Virus record (IMG/VR): IMGVR_UViG_3300047157_000197
Span: 186,001-250,000 of that record
DNA: 64,000 bases
Direction: 5' to 3' (one strand)
Below the pieces are notes generated by a model. That model saw only the letters and a program-made list of their open reading frames with translations. It made no database searches and had not been told where the DNA came from. Made by a program: the position numbers and the translations under genes. Below, piece by piece: positions 57,361 to 64,000 of the stretch; position 1 is the stretch's first letter; the number at the start of each line of letters is the position of its first letter.

Positions 57361-57684
57361 ATGAGTTACATAATCGGTGATAAGTGTGTAAGTGTATGTG
57401 ATACTGCATGTGTTAAAGTATGTCCTGTTAATTGCATACATGGTCCTATTGATATTGAGGGAGCAGGAAATGAAGTTGATAATATGTCACCTGAGGAATT
57501 AAAAGGAAAACAACTATATATTAATCCAGAAGAATGTATTTTATGTGGTGCATGCGTACCTGAATGTCCTCCAGATGCTATTTACTATGATGAAGATGAT
57601 ACAATTAAAGCAGAAGGTAATGCTGAATCTGTGAAAAAAAACTATGAATTTTTTGGATTCGAATTTGGAAAAGATAAATTTTAA
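57361..57684 (+). CDS. dicluster ferredoxin
   Basis: CVSVCDTACVKVCP and CILCGACVPECP. Confidence 0.9.
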   Translation: MSYIIGDKCVSVCDTACVKVCPVNCIHGPIDIEGAGNEVDNMSPEELKGKQLYINPEECILCGACVPECPPDAIYYDEDDTIKAEGNAESVKKNYEFFGFEFGKDKF

Positions 57685-57690
57685 AAAAAA

Positions 57691-57722
57691 TTAGGAAATT
57701 AAACAAATTTTTCGTATCTTTA
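57691..57722 (+). promoter_or_regulatory. Bacteroidota-type promoter variant
   Basis: TTAG-N20-TATCTTTA. Confidence 0.6.
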
Positions 57723-57760
57723 TACGATAAATACATATATATAAATATAAAACAGAAATT

Positions 57761-57973
57761 ATGAGTAAATTTTTCGAAGTTACAGTAGAAGTGGTTGTTG
57801 CCACACTTAAAAATGGTAAAGACAAAAAAGTAAAAGAAATCTACTTAGTAGATGCACAATCAGTAACAGAAGCTGAAGCAAGAACCGTAAAGGATTTTGA
57901 ACAAAGTGGAGTTCAGATTGACTACAAAGTAAGTGGAGCAAAAGAAAGTAGAGTACTAAGAGTAATTGAGTAA
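57761..57973 (+). CDS. DUF4494-like protein (Bacteroidota family)
   Basis: FFEV.V...GKDKKVKEIYLVDAQSVTEAEAR. Confidence 0.7.
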   Translation: MSKFFEVTVEVVVATLKNGKDKKVKEIYLVDAQSVTEAEARTVKDFEQSGVQIDYKVSGAKESRVLRVIE

Positions 57974-58239
57974 TGAGTAAAGAACCTCAAATACAAAAAG
58001 AAGAAGTTAAAACAAAAGTTGCAAAGAGAGTACCACCTGGAGATAGGTGGACTCCTCTTTCCAACTCTACCGTAATGTTGGATTCTTTAACTGATGTACT
58101 TGAATTTATTTATCAAGATACAGGTAAAACACAATTTTATATGGATGCTAAAGAAGGATTTGTATATGTTGTTGATACTGAAGAAGTGGTGATAGAACCA
58201 GAACCAACAAAAAGATGGAGTTTATACGGTGAAGAATAG
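57973..58239 (+). CDS. hypothetical protein
   Basis: translationally coupled ORF. Confidence 0.6.
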   Translation: MSKEPQIQKEEVKTKVAKRVPPGDRWTPLSNSTVMLDSLTDVLEFIYQDTGKTQFYMDAKEGFVYVVDTEEVVIEPEPTKRWSLYGEE

Positions 58240-58439
58240 AACAAAAAAATTTATACTAAAGTTAGTGTTTTTATATGCTACATTATTTCCCTCATCAGGT
58301 CTTATAACAGAACTACATGATTATAGTTCTAAAAAAGCAGAAGATACCGATGAGCATATGTTTATTTAAAAGTACTATATTTATAGTAGTGATGTAATAT
58401 ATCACAAAATCAATTAATTAATTAAAAAATAAAAAAATC

Positions 58440-58751
58440 ATGCAAAACATTTTAATTATTTTAGCTATCCTTGCAATAGGAGCTGCAGTTTATTATTTCG
58501 GATTCTACAAACAAGGTAAAATCAACGATAGAGATGGGGATTTTATTCCTGATGAAATCGAAGATGCAGTAGAAGATGTAAAGAAAGTTGCTAAAACTGT
58601 AAAAAGAAGAGCTAAAAGAGTAAAAGAAGAACTTGGTGATGTTGCAGATGCAATTAAAGAGGTTGGTAAACAATCTAAAGATGTTGTAAAAGCAGCAAAA
58701 GGAAAACCAAGAGCAGGTAGAAAACCTAGAGCTTCTAAGAAAAAGAAATAA
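58440..58751 (+). CDS. membrane-anchored protein with DxDxD loop and basic tail
   Basis: N-terminal TM, DRDGDFIPD, Lys/Arg-rich C-terminus. Confidence 0.6.
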   Translation: MQNILIILAILAIGAAVYYFGFYKQGKINDRDGDFIPDEIEDAVEDVKKVAKTVKRRAKRVKEELGDVADAIKEVGKQSKDVVKAAKGKPRAGRKPRASKKKK

Positions 58752-58763
58752 GGAGTACTATTT

Positions 58764-59582
58764 ATGAGTTTAAAATCATTGATTACCGAAACAGTATTAA
58801 TTGATTCAATGTATGACATCGAATCTGAATTACTGAATATAAAAGAAGCTTTATTAGAACAAATGATTATCGAGGGCGTTGATGACCCTGGAATACTTAA
58901 ATGTGTTTTCATGGCAGGAGGACCTGGTTCAGGTAAATCCTATACTGCCATGGAGATTTTCGGTATTGATAAAAGATTAAAACAATCCTTTGCAATGACT
59001 GGTCTTAAATCAGTTAATTCAGATTCAGCATTTGAAAAAGGATTAAAGGATAATGGTATTGACCCAAAGAACTTAGCAAAAATTGAAAAAGAAGATGCTG
59101 AACTTTGGGATAAAATTTCTAATAATGATGACTCTATTAGAAATAATGCAAAACGATTAACTCAACTTCAAAAGAAATTTTATGAAGCTGGTAGATTGGG
59201 TATGATTATCGATGGTACTGGTCATGTATATAGTAAAATTCAAAAGAATAAGAAATATGCAGAATCACTTGGTTACGATACCTACATGATATTTGTAAAT
59301 ACTTCACTTGAAGTAGCACAAGAACGAAACTTAAATAGAGAAAGAGTTTTAGATGCTGACCGATTAGAAAAATCTTGGAAAGATGTTCAGAACAACTTGG
59401 GTAAGTTCCAAAACTTATTCGGTGGTAACTTTAGGATAGTAGATAATACAGTTTATAAACCTATCGGAAAACAAGTACAGAAAGCAGTAAATGCTTTTGT
59501 AAGAAAGAAAGTGTATAATCCAATCGGAAAGAAATGGATTCAAACTGCAAGAGCACTTAAAAACAAAAACTTCATTAAATAA
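58764..59582 (+). CDS. zeta-toxin/AAA_33-like P-loop kinase with N-terminal extension
   Basis: MAGGPGSGKS, VNSD, IIDGTG, FVNTSLEVAQERN..R. Confidence 0.8.
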   Translation: MSLKSLITETVLIDSMYDIESELLNIKEALLEQMIIEGVDDPGILKCVFMAGGPGSGKSYTAMEIFGIDKRLKQSFAMTGLKSVNSDSAFEKGLKDNGIDPKNLAKIEKEDAELWDKISNNDDSIRNNAKRLTQLQKKFYEAGRLGMIIDGTGHVYSKIQKNKKYAESLGYDTYMIFVNTSLEVAQERNLNRERVLDADRLEKSWKDVQNNLGKFQNLFGGNFRIVDNTVYKPIGKQVQKAVNAFVRKKVYNPIGKKWIQTARALKNKNFIK

Positions 59583-59587
59583 ATTAA

Positions 59588-59722
59588 ATGGCATTAACAT
59601 TAGGAAATCTCCTATCATCTCAAAAGAAAAAGAGACCAGGAGTACACGCTAAATCTAAAACTTCTAATAGTAAACAAGCAAAGAATTACAAGAAGAAGTA
59701 TAGAGGACAGGGTAAAATATAA
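59588..59722 (+). CDS. small basic protein (44 aa, not in track)
   Basis: MALTLGNLLSSQKKKRPGVHAKSKTSNSKQAKNYKKKYRGQGKI*. Confidence 0.6.
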   Translation: MALTLGNLLSSQKKKRPGVHAKSKTSNSKQAKNYKKKYRGQGKI

Positions 59723-59735
59723 ATCTAAGCTCGTT

Positions 59736-60737
59736 ATGGAAAATGCAATAATCTTTACAGGGTGTTCTTATACATTCGGAGAAGGGCTTGAATTGTATTC
59801 AGATACACCAAAGTGGATAAATCAAAGAAACTACCAAACCCATGATTTTGAATTAAAACAAATTCATGATTCGGACGGTACTAACTTTAGGTTAAATAAT
59901 AATTTTCCATCTATTGTTAGTAAACATTTTAATACCATACCAATACAATCAAATAAAAATGGTGGTAGTTTCGCATCAAGTCTACGATTTATACGAAAAA
60001 ACCAAGCCACTATTAAAAAAGAAAAGACTAAAAAAATAGTAAGTATTATATTTCAGTTAAGTTCTTTTAGTAGAGAACCTTTTCATTTTGATTATTCTTG
60101 TGAATGTGATTTATGTGAAGGAACTCTTTGGGCATATTGGGGTGAGTTTTATATGCATTTAGAATATCTTAGTGATTTAATTTCAAAAAAAACTAATACA
60201 GAACAAATAATCAGATTTCAAACATCAATAGATGATAAAAATAGAAATGTAATTATTAAATATTTTTCGGGTATAATGAAACTAATTTATAATGATTTTG
60301 ATTATGATTATTTTGTTCAAAAATCATTAGAAAATAAAGAATATTTTTCAACTATAATGGAAACTGTAATGGAAAATATTGATGATATTAAAAATAAACA
60401 AAACAAAGATGTATTAACTTCACTTCAAGCAACAATAGAAAAATTTGAAAGGGAAATTGCACCTGTATATTTTATAGATAGTTGGTGTGAGGATACTTCT
60501 AAATTAATTTTTAATAATGAGTTTTATTATAATAAATTAATACGCTTAAAGGGAGATGATGGTAAGTATTATAAAAAATGGACAGAATGGGAAAAAACTA
60601 TAAAGAATAGATTAGTAAAGGATGATTTTCCAAATACACATAATCATCATCCATCGCTACATTCACATCAACGTATAGGAGAATCTATAATAGATTTTTT
60701 AAATAAAAAACCGTTTTTGGAAATAAAGTATATTTAA
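59736..60737 (+). CDS. SGNH-hydrolase-like hypothetical protein
   Basis: FTGCSYTFG block I and C-terminal HHPS...H. Confidence 0.5.
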   Translation: MENAIIFTGCSYTFGEGLELYSDTPKWINQRNYQTHDFELKQIHDSDGTNFRLNNNFPSIVSKHFNTIPIQSNKNGGSFASSLRFIRKNQATIKKEKTKKIVSIIFQLSSFSREPFHFDYSCECDLCEGTLWAYWGEFYMHLEYLSDLISKKTNTEQIIRFQTSIDDKNRNVIIKYFSGIMKLIYNDFDYDYFVQKSLENKEYFSTIMETVMENIDDIKNKQNKDVLTSLQATIEKFEREIAPVYFIDSWCEDTSKLIFNNEFYYNKLIRLKGDDGKYYKKWTEWEKTIKNRLVKDDFPNTHNHHPSLHSHQRIGESIIDFLNKKPFLEIKYI

Positions 60738-60771
60738 TCAGGTATGCAAAACTTATATTAGATTATATTAT

Positions 60772-60933
60772 ATGATAAACTTATCTGAAGAAATACAAAG
60801 AATTTTAACAGTTCTTGAAGATGCAAGAGATGAAAAAGATTGGGAAATGGTAAATGATACTATTGCTGATTTAGAAAAGGTCTACGAAGAACTTGATAGA
60901 CAAGAAAATGGATTTACTTATGAATATGAATAA
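60772..60933 (+). CDS. small acidic protein (53 aa, not in track)
   Basis: MINLSEEIQRILTVLEDARDEKDWEMV...YEYE*. Confidence 0.5.
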   Translation: MINLSEEIQRILTVLEDARDEKDWEMVNDTIADLEKVYEELDRQENGFTYEYE

Positions 60934-60998
60934 AGTAAGAAAAATAATTTGGGAATATTGGATTAAACCATGGGGTGTATCCATTTAAATAATAAGTT

Positions 60999-61385
60999 AT
61001 GATTATACCAATAGATGTAAAACCACCTAAGAGAGTACAAAAGCTTTGGGGATATGAATTGTGGATTCACAATGATGAAGAATATTGTGGAAAATTATTA
61101 GTTTTCGTAAAAAAGATGGCAAACTTTTCAATGCATTATCATCTTAAGAAAAAAGAAACTTGGTATATTCAACAAGGAAGTTTTCAATTCAATTGGATAG
61201 ATGTTGAAAATGGATTACACGATAGTAGGATTCTAAATGAAGGGGATTCTGTTTTGATAGAAAGAGGTCAACCACATCAATTGGTATCGTTAGAAGAGAA
61301 CTCAATCGTTTTTGAGGTATCTACTGAACACTTTGATGAGGATTCATATAGAATATACAGAGGAACACCAAATGATTTATTATAA
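60999..61385 (+). CDS. cupin (mannose-6-phosphate/sugar isomerase-like)
   Basis: KLWGYE, YCGKLL, SMHYHLKKKETWY, PHQL, EVST.H. Confidence 0.82.
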   Translation: MIIPIDVKPPKRVQKLWGYELWIHNDEEYCGKLLVFVKKMANFSMHYHLKKKETWYIQQGSFQFNWIDVENGLHDSRILNEGDSVLIERGQPHQLVSLEENSIVFEVSTEHFDEDSYRIYRGTPNDLL

Positions 61386-61534
61386 TGTATAACGAAAAAC
61401 ACCCAATTAAAATTACCAAAGAATTTTCTGAAAAGTACAATTCCCCAGCAATGAAGTTAAATCTTCTTGAACAAGGTTGGAAGTATAAAGGAACAAATAA
61501 AGGTAATCCCATCTTTGAATATTATCATTCATAA
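61385..61534 (+). CDS. small hypothetical protein (49 aa, not in track)
   Basis: MYNEKHPIK...FEYYHS*, coupled to the upstream stop. Confidence 0.4.
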   Translation: MYNEKHPIKITKEFSEKYNSPAMKLNLLEQGWKYKGTNKGNPIFEYYHS

Positions 61535-61562
61535 AATTTTAACATAATTTTAACACTTTTTA

Positions 61563-61594
61563 TTAGGAATTGTGGTTTATTTTCACTATATTTA
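61563..61594 (+). promoter_or_regulatory. Bacteroidota-type promoter variant
   Basis: TTAG-N20-TATATTTA. Confidence 0.7.
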
Positions 61595-61613
61595 CTATGT
61601 AAATAAGTGATAT

Positions 61614-61838
61614 ATGATAAAGCAAAAACCACAAACAAACGGAATTGAAATCGATTTAACAGGTCCTCAAGGAAATGCATATTTCCTATTGGGTACTGCT
61701 AAGAAATTTGGTAAACAACTTGGTATGGGTGATTCCTATATTAAAGAAATGTTAGATAAAATGATGAGTGGAGACTATGAAAACTTAGTAAAAGTTTTTG
61801 ATGATGAGTTCGGTTCAGTTGTAACTTTGTACAGATAA
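61614..61838 (+). CDS. conserved-looking small phage protein
   Basis: IDLTGPQGNAYFLLG...MMSGDYENL..VF. Confidence 0.65.
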   Translation: MIKQKPQTNGIEIDLTGPQGNAYFLLGTAKKFGKQLGMGDSYIKEMLDKMMSGDYENLVKVFDDEFGSVVTLYR

Positions 61839-61856
61839 AAAATAAATCAAAAAAAA

Positions 61857-61888
61857 CTTGTGTATGTCAAATATATTTCGTATATTTA
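61857..61888 (+). promoter_or_regulatory. Bacteroidota-type promoter variant
   Basis: CTTG-N20-TATATTTA. Confidence 0.6.
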
Positions 61889-61922
61889 CAAAGTAAATGA
61901 GTGATAATTAAACCTTAAAACT

Positions 61923-64000
61923 ATGAGTAAATACAACAATTCTTCCTTTTGGTATGATGATTTTGAAACAGATGACATCATCGTTAACCAACTTTCCGAT
62001 ACGGAAAGAAAATCCCTAGATTTATATAAGTTGGCTTCTTCTAAAAGAGCAATATCTAACTTTGTTAATATTGTAACCAACGAATCTGTACCTGTTAAGT
62101 TTAAAGAAAGAGGTGATTCTTATACCGATGGTAAATCAGTTGTTATTGGTAGTAGAATTACAGAACCAAAAGATTTTGATGTGGCAGTTGGATTGGCACT
62201 TCACGAGGGTTCTCACATTAAACTTTCTGATTTCAAATTACTTAATGATATATACAATTTAGTTCCAACTCATGTAAAAGATGGGGGCTATTAAAAAAGG
62301 TATTAATAATTCAATTGAGATTATTAAGAATCTTTGGAACTATGTTGAAGATAGAAGAATTGATAACTTCGTATTCAAATCAGCACCTGGTTACAGAGAC
62401 TATTACAGAAAAATGTACGATAAGTACTTCAATGATAAGTTAATCGATAAGGCACTCTTATCTGATGAATATACCGATGAAACGATTGATTCTTATATGT
62501 TCAGAATTATTAACTTACACAACAAAAATACCCAACTTTCTTCTTTGAAGGGATTGAGAGCAATTTATAGATTAGTTGGATTGAATACAATTAGTAGATT
62601 AACCAACTCTAAAGAATCCTTTAATGTTGCACTTGCGATGTTCAATATAATTTTAAAAAACCTTAATCAACCAACTGATATTGATAACCAACAAACCCCA
62701 CAAAATGAAAATGGTGAGGGTTCTTCTTCTGATGAACAAGGTTCTGATGATGGACAAGGTGGTTCTTCTAATGAGGGAATGAGTGATGATGAGTTCAATG
62801 AATTATTAGAATCAATTGGTGAATCTCCAATGGGTGGTGATTCTGATGAATCTCCAACTGGTGGTAATGGAATGGATGTTGGTAACTTACCTGATAACAT
62901 GGAAGGTAAACCAAGTGAAGATAATTCTACTTCAACAAACTCAGTTCAACTTTCAGATAGACAAAAAGATTTACTTAAAAAGAAAATAGAGAAACAAAAG
63001 AAGTTCATGGAAGGTGATATTCAGAAAACTTCACTTAATAAAACAGATTCTAAGAACCTAAACGCTATTGAAGAGAGTGGTTCTGAAATGAAAGAAGTTG
63101 GTAAGGATGTTAAAAAAGGTTACTATGGTAATGAATCTGTTCAATGTATTGTAGTTAAGAAACTTACTAAGGGATTATTTGAATCAACAATGTTTCCAAT
63201 GACATCAACAAACTATTGGAATCAAGATACACCAATGAGAATGGATTATGTAGAAGAGGTTCAGAAAGGAATCAAACTTGGTACAATGTTAGGTAAGAAA
63301 CTTCAAGTGAGAGGTGAAGATAGAACAACAGTTTTCAACAGACAGAAAGTTGGTAGAATTGATAAGAGAATGATTTCATCTTTAGGATTTGGTAATGAAA
63401 ATGTATTCCAATTCTCAGAAATAGATTCTTACAAAAAGGCTAACTTACATATCTCAATAGATGCCAGTTCATCTATGAATGGTGATAAGTGGAGAAATAC
63501 GATGATTAATGTAGTTGCAATGTGTAAGGCAGTTGATATGATTCCTAACTTACAAGTTCAAGTAACTTTCAGATGTACTCAAAATGAGAAACCATATATC
63601 GTTATGGCTTACGATTCTAAAACAGAAAAGTTTTCTAAAGTAAAACAAATGTTCGGTGGTTTAAGACCAAATGGTACAACACCAGAAGGATTATGTTTTG
63701 AAGCAATTATGAAATCTTTTATTCCAATTAATAATGATATGGATTCTTACTTCTTAAATCTTTCAGATGGACAACCTTACTTCGGTGGAAGAGGGTTCTA
63801 CTACGCTGGTGATGCTGCTGAAAGACATACAGGTAAGATGATTAAAATGATTGAGAGTATGGGAATCAAAACCTTATCCTACTTCGTATCAGATTATGGT
63901 GTACAAAGTTACGAAAAAAGAAGTTTCCAAACAATGTATGGAAAAGGAGCTAAGTTTGTAGATGTTACAAATCTTAACCAAATCACGAAAACAATGAACC
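61923..64000 (+). CDS. HEXXH metallopeptidase-like plus vWA (CobT-like) protein; frameshift near 62285; runs off the window
   Basis: LALHEGSH; after removing one G from GGGGG the frame continues with NYVEDRRID, an acidic linker, MIDAS IDASSSM, GTTPEG and LSDGQP. Confidence 0.75.

Noticed and set aside
58280-58300. Hammerhead ribozyme on the minus strand (CTGATGAG...GAAA)
   Set aside because: CTGATGA is followed by GAAA after only 2 nt, leaving no room for stem II, and stems I/III are not evident.
1997-62900. All short minus-strand ORFs and nested plus-strand ORFs in the track
   Set aside because: They overlap well-supported + strand genes, have no recognisable motifs, and the gene flow and promoters are uniformly + strand.
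1-64000. Stop-codon recoding (alternative genetic code)
   Set aside because: Long conserved genes are intact in the standard bacterial code, and TAA, TAG and TGA all end genes at sensible positions; the broken genes are frameshifts, not in-frame stops.
1-64000. Bacterial chromosome or integrated prophage interpretation
   Set aside because: T4-like polymerase, clamp and clamp loader, dense single-strand gene packing, lone GroES and no housekeeping operons, integrase or att site indicate a large lytic phage; host-like genes are interspersed with phage genes under shared motifs.
1-64000. tRNA or rRNA genes
   Set aside because: No cloverleaf with a T-loop GTTCRA consensus recognised in the short intergenic gaps; a tRNAscan run would be needed to exclude them fully.

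Overview
This AT-rich window, with essentially all credible genes on the + strand, is a segment of a large T4-like (jumbo-type) lytic phage genome, very probably infecting a Bacteroidota/Flavobacteriia host. Host evidence: 11 copies of a TT(T/A)G-N20-TATATTT(G/A) Bacteroidota-type promoter, signal peptides followed by Gln, a DUF4494-like gene and a Bacteroidota-style TonB-dependent receptor. Layout: (1) 0.1-9.8 kb, a candidate DNA base-hypermodification module (atypical dCMP-hydroxymethylase/thymidylate-synthase-fold protein, asparagine-synthetase-like amidotransferase, fold-II PLP enzyme, two SPPY methyltransferases) interleaved with family B DNA polymerase and sliding clamp; (2) a TonB-dependent receptor with a pseudoknot-like leader and its own terminator; (3) clamp loader, PD-(D/E)XK nuclease, radical SAM and 2OG oxygenase; (4) an ~15 kb glycosylation/nucleotide-sugar island including GroES; (5) 34-43 kb, an unusual cluster of exported proteins (two CsgG-like proteins, two cohesin/dockerin-like proteins each followed by a T9SS-CTD-like lipoprotein, and a Ser-Asp/acidic stalk beta-barrel protein); (6) putative virion internal proteins with MIKLxxIL.E leaders, a holin-like gene and an amidase; (7) an APS-kinase/amidinotransferase/radical SAM tailoring cluster; (8) small genes and a HEXXH-vWA protein truncated by the window end. 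Four genes have single-base frameshifts at short homopolymers, probably sequencing errors. GATC appears strongly avoided. No tRNA, rRNA, CRISPR array or integrase was recognised. All assignments come from motif recognition by eye, without database searches.
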